In this document: positions 1 through 8,582 of the stretch, piece by piece
Layout of the letters: each line of letters starts with the position of its first letter
Numbering within the stretch: position 1 is the stretch's first letter
DNA from: Bacteroidaceae bacterium
GTDB taxonomy: Bacteria > Bacteroidota > Bacteroidia > Bacteroidales > Bacteroidaceae
NCBI GenBank assembly: GCA_045640065.1
Contig: JAZUEH010000119.1
Span: forward strand, 19,075-83,074
Length of the DNA stretch: 64,000 nt
Reading direction: 5' to 3'
Made by a program: the position numbers and the translations under genes
The notes under the pieces: model-generated
Seen by the model: the letters and a program-made list of their open reading frames with translations, nothing else
Database searches by the model: none
What the model was told of the DNA's origin: nothing

Positions 1-1143
1 TGCAACAAGATCAAAGAACTCCCCTTCATAAAGCCAGACACTGGTACTGTCAAGGGAGATGCCACTCACATCATTGTATACCGTCACGTTACAGCTGCTT
101 GTAAAGCCACCGTCTTCAGATACTGCAACAATGCCTGCCTTTCCGGCCGTGAGGGCCTCGACAAGACCTTCGGCATTGACAACGGCAACGCTCTCATCGG
201 TCGAACTCCACTTGAGCGTACGGTTACTTGCATTGGCCGGGTTGAGACTGGCCTTCAACGAATAAGTGTCACCTACATACATTGAAAGGTTGTCATTATC
301 CAACGATATGCCGTTGACCGGACTGATAACGGTCAGGCGACAGGTATCGGAATAATTGCCGTCAGCAGTAATGACAACTATCTCGGCATATCCTGCAGTA
401 AATGCAGAAACCTTTCCGGACTGGTCCACATCAGCCACTTTTGTATCGCTGGAATGCCATATTACACCGGCATCGGTAGCACGTTCAGGATAAACTGAAG
501 CCTTGAGCGTAAATGTCTGACCCTCTTCAATGGTATACTCCGGATAGTTCAGCTTAACACCATCAGTTCTGCAAAGTACGCTAACAGCACACTCTGCATA
601 TATCTTTCCGTCAGCCGATGAGGCTCTGAGAGTAGTCTGTCCGGCCATAAGGGCGGTTACTATTCCACCGTTCACGACTGCAACCGAGTCATTGGAACTG
701 GTCCAGAAAATGTCAGGTTCGGTTGTGTCAACAGGGAATAACGACAGCTTGATGGTATCGGACTCCTTTTCATAAAGGCTTATTTCATTTCTGTCAAGTA
801 CAATGGTTTCCAAAGGTATCACTTCGGGCACGACAGTCACCATACAATGGTCAGAAAGGCCATTGTCATCGGCCTTGACGGTAATTTCAGCAACACCCAG
901 ACCGTTTGCCGAAACAAGTCCTCCACTTACGCTGGCGATTCCGGCATCGGTACTCATCCATACGACCGCATTATTGGTAGCATTGTTCGGCGACACTGTA
1001 GCGGAAAGCTGATAAAAGTCGCCCAACTTGACCGTTATCTTTGATGTGTCAAGAGTAACGCTTGATACGGGAACAGACTCATCTTTCTGGCATGAGCAAA
1101 ACAGAGCAATCAGACACGACAGTATATATATTGATTTCTTCAT
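1..1143 (-). CDS. Lipoprotein with tandem bacterial Ig-like (Big_2-type) repeats; 3' end lies outside the window
   Basis: Reverse-strand ATG at 1143, 5 nt after the stop of the upstream gene, gives MKKSIYILSCLIALFCSCQKDE (signal peptide plus lipobox Cys). Hand translation continues VTLDTSKITVKLGDFYQLSATVSPNNATNNAVVWMSTDAGIASVSGGLVSANG, a classic Big_2 repeat signature. The frame is not closed before position 1, so it is missing from the ORF track. I translated only the first ~80 codons rigorously. Confidence 0.72.
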   Translation of the reverse strand, partial: MKKSIYILSCLIALFCSCQKDESVPVSSVTLDTSKITVKLGDFYQLSATVSPNNATNNAVVWMSTDAGIASVSGGLVSANGLGVAEITVKADDNGLSDHCMVTVVPEVIPLETIVLDRNEISLYEKESDTIKLSLFPVDTTEPDIFWTSSNDSVAVVNGGIVTALMAGQTTLRASSADGKIYAECAVSVLCRTDGVKLNYPEYTIEEGQTFTLKASVYPERATDAGVIWHSSDTKVADVDQSGKVSAFTAGYAEIVVITADGNYSDTCRLTVISPVNGISLDNDNLSMYVGDTYSLKASLNPANASNRTLKWSSTDESVAVVNAEGLVEALTAGKAGIVAVSEDGGFTSSCNVTVYNDVSGISLDSTSVWLYEGEFFDLVA

Positions 1144-1148
1144 AATGC

Positions 1149-3005
1149 TTATTCTTTAACACATCTTACAGAATGCCCTTCAGAACGGACTTTACCCTCT
1201 CTTGTGGCTGACATGGATGGTGTCAGAGTACTTGAATACGGAGAACTTATCTGCATTGCGCACACGAATGCCGAATTTGGAGTTGATGACCAGTAAAATG
1301 CAATTTCTCCCGGCATTACCAGACTGAAATCATCAGCCTTGAGATATCCGTTACTGGGATACCAGGCGGTAGTGCCATCAGCAAGAAGAAATTCCATTCC
1401 CTGGATACCGTTCGTGGACTTCACGAATCTGTATTCCAGCCCTGTCCATGGATTCCCGGTTGATGCTCCTCCTGCCGGAACTTTCCAACCAGGTGGGCAA
1501 GGATCATAAATGGTCTTTGTATTTTGGGAAGAGTTCCATAAGTCATCTTTAACAGAAGCAGCAATCCAATTCTGCCCATAATCGATGCTTGAAGGACAGC
1601 AGATGAAAGTAGTAGGTATTTGAATTGCAGCATTAACCGTTCCGATCATTCCATCGCGAAGCTTTGATGTCTGGGAGTTGGTAGAATACATCTTCTTGGC
1701 CTTTGACGAAATGGTGGCAGGCCCCATGAACGGATCCTTACGCCCCCACTGATACATGAGTCCGCTGCTCAAATCATCATGAGCTGCCGAAAGCGCACCA
1801 ATATTGCGGTCCAACATATAAGTGCCGCCATATGATTGGCTGGAAGCATCAGGATCATAACCATTGCAAACCCAGATATGCCAATTCCAGATGATTTTAC
1901 CTGAGCGGTATGCCGCAATAAGCGCATTGCCATCCTTCAACAGTTCGGGCGTTGAAAAATAGACGTAATTGCTTTTCAGTTTCACACTAGAAATAATGGA
2001 ATTTGGCTTGATTGGCTCAACTGTATTAGCAGTTTCCCACAACAATGAAACTGAATCAATGCCATTTGCAAAGGTGGTCGACAGATTTCCCTGAACAGCA
2101 GGAAATTTGAAATAACCGGCCTTGCTGACAATATAACAGTTGGATGTTCCTAATTCAGCAGAAAGGTCAAAACCGTCAACTATCTTATCAATGGAAGACT
2201 GGACGTCGGCATTGACTATAGTTGAGAAAACAGATCTCTTTATTTCGACGGGCGTCTTACAAACTGTTTTACTGATAAGTTTGTCGCTCTGATAGAATTC
2301 AAAAGTAAAGCCCTGGGTCAGATCTTGAGGAAGAGCTGATATATAATAATGTGTACCGGTCTGGAATGTGGAGTCATTATTGAGAATGACATATCCTGCA
2401 CCTTCTGATGCAGCTACTGCAACCGGTTTGGTATTATCAGATACTGTAATCTTTATAGGACCGGAAATGGATTCATTCGCGTTGGTCCTGAATATTATTT
2501 TGTCATAGGTGTTATTGGAAACTGTGAAACGGATGCCACCACAGACATTATTGAAGCCCATTTCTCTAGTTGAAGACTTACCAACAGCAATATAAGAAAG
2601 GGGATCAAATCCGTTCTCAACTGCATTCTGATTATCGGGAATCACAGTTTCAATAACTGAAGAAGAAAAGGTTGATTGTGAATTATAAGGATAAAGACCT
2701 ATAATGGTTTTAGATTCAGGAATATTTCCATTGAATACGGCTGTCTGACCGCCCTCTTCACAGGTAAACTTATAACCGCCTAGAATAGGGTTGTCAGTAA
2801 AAATACTTATTGAATCACCGGAAGACCACTGTATATCACCAAAATCGTCATCAATTATCGTCTTTGTACCAGTTGATACTAAAGTGGCATGTATGCGTGA
2901 AAAGATGAGATCACTGTCGTCTTGTTGAACAGATGTATCATCATATTGTGAACAAGACATAAGAATGACCGAAACTAACAATGATAATCGGTAAGATAAT
3001 TTCAT
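1149..3005 (-). CDS. Lipoprotein with C-terminal FISUMP-type domain (Fibrobacter succinogenes major paralogous domain, TIGR02145-like)
   Basis: 618-aa ORF with lipobox LMSCSQ. The C-terminal half carries family hallmarks: MLDRNIGA, LMYQWGRKDPF, PCPPGWKVP, FYWSSTP, GHSVRCVKE. Confidence 0.7.
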   Translation of the reverse strand: MKLSYRLSLLVSVILMSCSQYDDTSVQQDDSDLIFSRIHATLVSTGTKTIIDDDFGDIQWSSGDSISIFTDNPILGGYKFTCEEGGQTAVFNGNIPESKTIIGLYPYNSQSTFSSSVIETVIPDNQNAVENGFDPLSYIAVGKSSTREMGFNNVCGGIRFTVSNNTYDKIIFRTNANESISGPIKITVSDNTKPVAVAASEGAGYVILNNDSTFQTGTHYYISALPQDLTQGFTFEFYQSDKLISKTVCKTPVEIKRSVFSTIVNADVQSSIDKIVDGFDLSAELGTSNCYIVSKAGYFKFPAVQGNLSTTFANGIDSVSLLWETANTVEPIKPNSIISSVKLKSNYVYFSTPELLKDGNALIAAYRSGKIIWNWHIWVCNGYDPDASSQSYGGTYMLDRNIGALSAAHDDLSSGLMYQWGRKDPFMGPATISSKAKKMYSTNSQTSKLRDGMIGTVNAAIQIPTTFICCPSSIDYGQNWIAASVKDDLWNSSQNTKTIYDPCPPGWKVPAGGASTGNPWTGLEYRFVKSTNGIQGMEFLLADGTTAWYPSNGYLKADDFSLVMPGEIAFYWSSTPNSAFVCAMQISSPYSSTLTPSMSATREGKVRSEGHSVRCVKE

Positions 3006-3021
3006 AAGTACATTTTATGTT

Positions 3022-3060
3022 AAAAAAAGGAGAGAGATAGAGACTATCTCTCTCCTTTTT
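3022..3060 (-). terminator. Rho-independent terminator after the collagen-like gene (symmetric, could act in both directions)
   Basis: Perfect 12-bp stem GGAGAGAGATAG (3029-3040) / CTATCTCTCTCC (3044-3055) with a 3-nt loop. It is flanked by A7 (3022-3028, a U-tract on the minus transcript) and T5 (3056-3060). It lies 24 nt after the stop at 3084. Confidence 0.8.
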
Positions 3061-3083
3061 CAAGATTGATAATTGATATTCAA

Positions 3084-6000
3084 TTATTTGTATGAGTTCT
3101 CAGTGCTAAGAACAGTGATCTTTGCATCAACATCCTGCTTGAATGCATCAGTGTCGATTGCTACAGAAATCTTGGCAGTAGCGAACTTATTATTCTGCAG
3201 ATCAGTACCCTTGTTGTCCCAAGTGATCTTCTGGCCATCATTGAACAGGTTACCGCCAAATGAAGCCTTGGTATCAGCATTGTAAACAAACTCCTTGAAG
3301 GTTACATCAATGGTTTCTGAACCTGTAAGACCGTAAGTTGAGATAGCATACGGAGTTGCAGCCCATGCACCACCAGTGTAGGTGAAGAGTTCCTTACCTG
3401 CGTTATCCTTGATCTTGACGAGTTCGTCAATAACCTTAGAATCAGCAGTACCTGTAGCACTTGGCTTCAGAGTCTTGAGAACGATATCAGAAATTGTAAT
3501 GTTAACAAGAACTGAGTTGAACTCAACATAGTAATAACCGCTCTTAGCCTTCGGAGCATCAACGATTACACCAGCCTCTGAGAAGGTGCAGGTTTCAGTT
3601 ACCTCTACAAGAACATCAGCAGAAGCGCCGAACAAGTTGGTACCCTCATACTTGATTACAGGTGAAGCAGCTGTGAGACCAGTGATAGCGTCAAGCTGAG
3701 CCTTTGTCAGAGTGATGGTCGAGTAACCGTCAGCAGTTGTAGTGATGTCATAACCAACAGAAGTAAGATCAACAAAGTCAAATTCTGTAGCCTTGTAGTT
3801 CTTGATAGTGAATGTCAGAGTAGCCTTCTCATCAGTGAGCTTCAGGTTGTACTCCTTGAAGTGTTCAATCAGAGCTGAAATGTTGGAATCAGTACCCATA
3901 CCCTTGACGCGTACACCACCGTAAACATCGAATGGATCAGGATCCAGAGTCAGAGCAGGCTTGGTGAAGTTGAGAACGTCCTTAGTACCAAGGATATAGT
4001 CAGGATTCAGCTTGAAGTTGTCAATTGAGAATACATGCTTGTGATGGATTTCAACTGGCTTGCTTACTGAATATACGAAGTTGATGGCAACATACGGATA
4101 GTTGTAGTTGTCAACATCGGCCTTAGTCTTGTAAACGAGAACTACAGAGTCCTTGACAGGAGCTGCAATGTTGCGATCAACAAGCAGGCTAATGATGTTG
4201 GTAGAAGTAGCCCAGTCAGTAGGACTTTCCATCTTGTAGCTGATACCTGCAGGAACAGCTGCACCTTCGAACTTGTCATACTCGAACTTAGGATCGGTTG
4301 ACTTAGCCTTGAGATCCTTTGGTCTGTAGATATTGTCAAGATCGTAAATCTTCTGGAAGTCTTCGAATGACATGCCGAGAGCCTCATTCAGGACCTTGGT
4401 GTTAACCTCGTTCCAGGTAACGACGAGCTTGTCAGCTGTGTAATTCTTATCTTCTGAAGTACCGGCTGGCAGAGCAGGCAGGTTCTCATAAGTGAACTCA
4501 ACCTCATGACGAAGCATGAATTCATGATACAGAGGTGATACTGCAGGAGGAACAATCTTCTCAGCGGTAATGACAACCTTAATGTAAGCAGTAGTAATTA
4601 CATCATTGCCATACTTGGCTGTAACCTTTACAAGAGGAGTACGGTTAACGGCTGAAATGCCATATTCAGGCTTAACAGTCATGACACCCTTTGCGTCAAT
4701 TGTAACGAAGTCGTTCTGATCAGTGTAACCGTCAATACCGAAATAAGGCTTTCCAGCAACACCAGCTTCGTTAACGAGAACGAACTGATAGGTAACATCA
4801 CCCAGACCAAGTTCGCCGAAACGCTTGGCAATGCTATCAGCATACAGATCAACTACTGTATTCAGATCAAGGGACTCATCATACTTGAGGCATGGTTCCT
4901 TAAGAGGAGCAATGTCAAAGTCATTGTCTTCTGTAATGGCTACAGGAGCTGTACGATATTTCAGTACTGGGTTCTTCTTATGAATGATTGAATAGCTGTC
5001 GTTGACATTCTTTGTGGTAACGTATGCATAATCAGAAGCAATCTTCTCACCTTCCATAGTAGCCTGCAGAGCGAAGATGACATTCTGCTTGCCATGAGCC
5101 GGCTCTGAAATCTGACCGTCAGCAGTTACGGTAACTGCCAGAACACCATTGTTGACCTTTGCGCTCTTGAAAACGACCTTACCCTCAGCAGCAGCCTTGG
5201 TGAGAACGCTACGGTTAAGCATCTCGAACTTGGCAGCATCAATGTTGACCTGCTCAGGATTCATGCGATAGTTGACAACGATAGGATCTGAACCGATAAC
5301 CTTTGTACCGATTGCATAAACCCAAGGAATTTCGTAGTAGCCGAGGCCGTCGAAGATTACATCGGGAAGATTTGCAAGACTCTTCAGCTTGTTTGAAATG
5401 GTAGACATTGTAACAAAACCGCCTTCAGCACCATCAACATTTGCGAAAGTGATTTCGTTCTTGTTGCTGTTGTAGATAGCTGTTACAGTGTTGCTGGGGA
5501 GCAGAGGTTCAATGGTCTTGCCTGTAGCTGCACCTGCTGAGGTGTACTCAACCCAAGCGTTCTTGGCAACTTCCGGCTTCCAATAGTTACCGTCCTTGCC
5601 ATCCTTACCATCCTTGCCGTCAACGCCGTTCTTGCCATCAACGCCATTCTTGCCGTCCTTGCCGTCAACGCCGTCCTTGCCGTCCTTGCCAGGAGCACCG
5701 TCCTTGCCGTTAACGCCGTCCTTGCCGTCCTTACCGTCAACTCCGTTGATTCCGTCCTTGCCGGGAGCACCGTCCTTGCCGTCAACGCCGTCCTTGCCAG
5801 GAGCACCGTCCTTACCGTCAATTCCGTCCTTGCCGTCCTTGCCGTCAACGCCGTTGATTCCGTCCTTGCCGTCCTTGCCGTCAATTCCGTCCTTACCTTC
5901 AGCCTGCAAACCGGTTGAAACGCCGTCAATGCACCAGCAACCGTCTGCGCCAATTGTGATTACAGAACCAGCCTCGCCATTCTTACCATCCTTACCGTTG

Positions 6001-6239
6001 GTAATCTCGTAAGACTGGCCATTGGAAAGAGAAACACTAACACCGTTTGCGGTTGGATTCACAGCGGTGATCACACTACCTGCAGCAATCTGAGCCTTCA
6101 GGTCACCTACTGTCTTTTCCAGAGCAGCAACCCTAGTGTCCAGAGCGGAGATGTCTGAAGAATAATCCTTCGCACATCCTGCAAGCATCAGCATCGCGCC
6201 AAAAGCGCCGACGAATGCCAATTTGATTTTTTTGTTCAT
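3084..6239 (-). CDS. Large surface lipoprotein with N-terminal coiled-coil, collagen-like G-X-Y repeat region and long beta-rich C-terminal part
   Basis: 1051-aa ORF with lipobox LMLAGCAKD. A heptad-like LDTRVAALEKTVGDLKAQI segment follows. Residues ~115-217 are 34 uninterrupted G-X-Y triplets (GKDGIDGKDGKDGINGVDG...). The N-terminal arrangement resembles what I recall as DUF4988 / PL29 N-terminal type (unverified). Confidence 0.8.
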   Translation of the reverse strand: MNKKIKLAFVGAFGAMLMLAGCAKDYSSDISALDTRVAALEKTVGDLKAQIAAGSVITAVNPTANGVSVSLSNGQSYEITNGKDGKNGEAGSVITIGADGCWCIDGVSTGLQAEGKDGIDGKDGKDGINGVDGKDGKDGIDGKDGAPGKDGVDGKDGAPGKDGINGVDGKDGKDGVNGKDGAPGKDGKDGVDGKDGKNGVDGKNGVDGKDGKDGKDGNYWKPEVAKNAWVEYTSAGAATGKTIEPLLPSNTVTAIYNSNKNEITFANVDGAEGGFVTMSTISNKLKSLANLPDVIFDGLGYYEIPWVYAIGTKVIGSDPIVVNYRMNPEQVNIDAAKFEMLNRSVLTKAAAEGKVVFKSAKVNNGVLAVTVTADGQISEPAHGKQNVIFALQATMEGEKIASDYAYVTTKNVNDSYSIIHKKNPVLKYRTAPVAITEDNDFDIAPLKEPCLKYDESLDLNTVVDLYADSIAKRFGELGLGDVTYQFVLVNEAGVAGKPYFGIDGYTDQNDFVTIDAKGVMTVKPEYGISAVNRTPLVKVTAKYGNDVITTAYIKVVITAEKIVPPAVSPLYHEFMLRHEVEFTYENLPALPAGTSEDKNYTADKLVVTWNEVNTKVLNEALGMSFEDFQKIYDLDNIYRPKDLKAKSTDPKFEYDKFEGAAVPAGISYKMESPTDWATSTNIISLLVDRNIAAPVKDSVVLVYKTKADVDNYNYPYVAINFVYSVSKPVEIHHKHVFSIDNFKLNPDYILGTKDVLNFTKPALTLDPDPFDVYGGVRVKGMGTDSNISALIEHFKEYNLKLTDEKATLTFTIKNYKATEFDFVDLTSVGYDITTTADGYSTITLTKAQLDAITGLTAASPVIKYEGTNLFGASADVLVEVTETCTFSEAGVIVDAPKAKSGYYYVEFNSVLVNITISDIVLKTLKPSATGTADSKVIDELVKIKDNAGKELFTYTGGAWAATPYAISTYGLTGSETIDVTFKEFVYNADTKASFGGNLFNDGQKITWDNKGTDLQNNKFATAKISVAIDTDAFKQDVDAKITVLSTENSYK
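5589..5897 (-). repeat. Coding tandem repeat (9/18-nt periodicity) encoding the collagen-like (G-X-Y)34 tract
   Basis: Repeated ccgtccttgcc / ccgtcaacgcc units on the + strand. The same periodicity produces the artefactual repeat ORFs 5483-5953(-) and 5596-6012(+). Confidence 0.9.
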
Positions 6240-6365
6240 AGAGTTAATTAAATGATTGAAGATTAATAATTTAACACAGTTTTTTTCTATTTATTCTTTT
6301 CCTTTTTCTTGACTTTTTTTTGTTTTTAGGATTAAACATAGCATAATAAAGCAATCAATTTGCCA

Positions 6366-6373
6366 CAAAGGTA
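6366..6373 (-). promoter_or_regulatory. Candidate Bacteroidetes -7 promoter box (TAnnTTTG) for the collagen-like gene
   Basis: The + strand reads CAAAGGTA, which is TACCTTTG on the minus strand. It sits ~125 nt upstream of the ATG at 6239, followed by an A-rich leader. No clear -33 TTTG was seen. Confidence 0.35.
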
Positions 6374-6608
6374 AACATAATTTTCTTTCCTACAATGCTA
6401 AAAATGCATTTTTTTCTACTCCAGTGTATGTCAGACGTGATATTTTCCACAATTGACAGCACCGGTCAGATGCTTGCCATCCAATGGAACAGATGCAATA
6501 AAAACTATATGAACAATTGTTAATTCTTGCAAAATAAGCTTCGTTTGGGATCAAACCAACAAATATGGAGCCCGAAATTCGCAACAAAGACCAACATATG
6601 TATGAAGC

Positions 6609-6635
6609 AAAAAGGCCGGTCACGAATGACCGGCC
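6609..6635 (-). terminator. Rho-independent terminator of the OmpA-family gene
   Basis: Perfect 9-bp stem GGCCGGTCA (6614-6622) / TGACCGGCC (6627-6635) with loop CGAA. A5 at 6609-6613 gives U5 on the minus transcript. It lies 36 nt after the stop at 6671. Confidence 0.8.
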
Positions 6636-6670
6636 TCCCTTAATCTGATATATATATACCGATTTATATA

Positions 6671-7813
6671 TTACTTGGTGACGATAACAGCCACACGGTT
6701 CAGTTCCGGAGTTTCGAACGGATTCTCTTCACTTCCCTTCCAATCCTTAGTGATACGTGACTCGTCAACACCAGCCTCGATAAGTCTCTTGGCAACAGCG
6801 TTTGCACGCTTTTCTGACAGGGTCATGTTCCACTTCGGAGTACCGGTCCAATGATCGGCATAGCCTGTGATTCCGACTACTGCTTCAGGATACTTGTTAA
6901 GAACCTCAAGAACGTGGTCAATCTTTTCATCTTCAGTCTTGCGGATATTCCAGCGGTCAAGCTTGAAAAGAACGTTTTCGGTGACAGCACGATCCTTAGC
7001 ACGCTGTTCTGCAGCGGCCTTCTCCTGAGCCTCACGAGCTGCCTGAGCTGCGCGTGCAGCCTGCTCACGCTCCTGATCTGCTCTCTGGCGGGCAGCTTCT
7101 TCCTGAGCCTTCTTCTCTGCTTCCAGACGGGCAGCCTCCTTTGCAGCGGCAGCGGCGGCAGCAGCGGCAGCAGCATCGGCAGCAGCCTGCTTCTTGGCTG
7201 AACCGAGAGAGAACTTGACACCGAGAAGTGCATTCCAGTGATTGTCGAGATTATCACCTACCTTTGAATTGAAGTGGTCAGATACCATGTTGTCCAGAAC
7301 CTCAAGACCGATTGTAACATAAGGTGCAACACGGAAATCGATGCCGGCGCCTGCACGGCCTGCAAGGCTGATGGCAGGATCTTCCCAATAATAATTATCT
7401 TCAGGAAGCATGGCAAGTGAAGCACCGTTATTGAAACGGTAGTTACCGCCTATACCTGCAAAGAGATAAGGATTGATGGCACGTGACTTGTAACCTCCGA
7501 TAAGATTGCAAAGGTCAAATGTGGCATCCAGAGCAAGCTGGCCGAAGTTGAACTTGTAGCTTTCGAACTTGAGATTCGAATAACCCATGCCTTCCCAACC
7601 GTTGGCATTGAGGCGAAGACCGAAAGTTGGAGTAGCCTGATAACCCAGCGAAAGGGATGCTGCCGGTGAAATGAGGTTTGTCCATTCTGTTTCACCTACA
7701 GTGTGACCTACGCCACCCTGAAGCTGCATGTACCAGTCAGTGTAGAACTTGTCCTGGGCGAACATGCCTGATGTCATCATAACCAATGACAGAGCTGCAA
7801 AAATCTTTTTCAT
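6671..7813 (-). CDS. OmpA-family outer membrane protein (N-terminal beta-barrel, long Ala/Glu/Gln/Arg-rich helical linker, C-terminal OmpA peptidoglycan-binding domain)
   Basis: 380 aa with signal peptide MKKIFAALSLVMMTSGMFAQ. Beta-strand-like alternating pattern in the first ~200 aa. C-terminal GYADHWTGTPKWNMTLSEKRANAV...NRVAV matches an OmpA_C-like domain. Confidence 0.85.
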   Translation of the reverse strand: MKKIFAALSLVMMTSGMFAQDKFYTDWYMQLQGGVGHTVGETEWTNLISPAASLSLGYQATPTFGLRLNANGWEGMGYSNLKFESYKFNFGQLALDATFDLCNLIGGYKSRAINPYLFAGIGGNYRFNNGASLAMLPEDNYYWEDPAISLAGRAGAGIDFRVAPYVTIGLEVLDNMVSDHFNSKVGDNLDNHWNALLGVKFSLGSAKKQAAADAAAAAAAAAAAKEAARLEAEKKAQEEAARQRADQEREQAARAAQAAREAQEKAAAEQRAKDRAVTENVLFKLDRWNIRKTEDEKIDHVLEVLNKYPEAVVGITGYADHWTGTPKWNMTLSEKRANAVAKRLIEAGVDESRITKDWKGSEENPFETPELNRVAVIVTK

Positions 7814-7904
7814 AATTTGATGTGATTAAAGTATTCCTAACTTATTTGGGTGCAAAAATATGCAATAATTCCGATTATTACAAGCAAAACACCATAATAA
7901 TATA

Positions 7905-8567
7905 TTACCATTCGACTGGCGTCAGACCTTTGGACTGCAACCATTCATTCGCCTTTGAAAAATGACGGTTGCCAAAGAATCCGTTATAAGCCGACAGCGG
8001 TGACGGATGGGCGGATTCAAGTATAAGATGACGGGAAGAATCGATCAGAGGGATTTTCTTTCGGGCATAACCTCCCCATAGGATGAAGACCACATGGTCA
8101 CAGTTCTGACTGACGCATCGGATTACAGCATCGGTAAAGGTTTCCCAGCCTCGGCCCTGATGAGATGCGGCCTGGCCGGCCCTTACGGTAAGTACCGCAT
8201 TAAGCAGCAGGACGCCCTGACTTGCCCAACGGGTCAGATCCCCGCTTTGGGGGCATGGCGTTCCAAGGTCCTGGCTGATCTCCTTGAAAATGTTTCTGAG
8301 TGAAGGCGGGAACGGGACTCCCGGTTGGACTGAAAAGCAAAGGCCATGGGCCTGGCCGGGCTCGTGATATGGATCCTGCCCCAGAATGACCACCTTGACA
8401 CGTTCGAAGGGACACAGGTCAAAGGCATTGAAAATCCTGCCTGCCGGCGGATATATTATCCGGTTTGAATATTCCGAACGCACGAATGCCGCCAGATCTG
8501 AGAAATATGGCTTATCGAATTCGCTCTGCAGCTGTCTTTTCCAACCCGATTCAATCCTGACCTCCAT
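7905..8567 (-). CDS. ung: Uracil-DNA glycosylase
   Basis: 220 aa with family-1 UDG motifs GQDPYH and HPSPLSA. Confidence 0.95.
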   Translation of the reverse strand: MEVRIESGWKRQLQSEFDKPYFSDLAAFVRSEYSNRIIYPPAGRIFNAFDLCPFERVKVVILGQDPYHEPGQAHGLCFSVQPGVPFPPSLRNIFKEISQDLGTPCPQSGDLTRWASQGVLLLNAVLTVRAGQAASHQGRGWETFTDAVIRCVSQNCDHVVFILWGGYARKKIPLIDSSRHLILESAHPSPLSAYNGFFGNRHFSKANEWLQSKGLTPVEW

Positions 8568-8582
8568 ATGCTGTATTCTGAA

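Noticed and set aside
5483-6012. ORFs 5483-5953(-) (TARTARTE... repeats) and 5596-6012(+) (LPSLPSTP... repeats)
   Set aside because: They are alternative-frame and antisense read-outs of the collagen-like 9-nt coding repeat. Their low-complexity sequences exist only because the G-X-Y frame is periodic, and the 1051-aa frame with lipobox and flanking domains is the real gene.
6390-6623. 77-aa ORF in the ompA / collagen-like intergenic region
   Set aside because: Its start lies inside the ompA terminator hairpin. The composition is Cys/Ser/Ile-rich with no recognisable features, and the region is better explained as terminator plus promoter/leader DNA.
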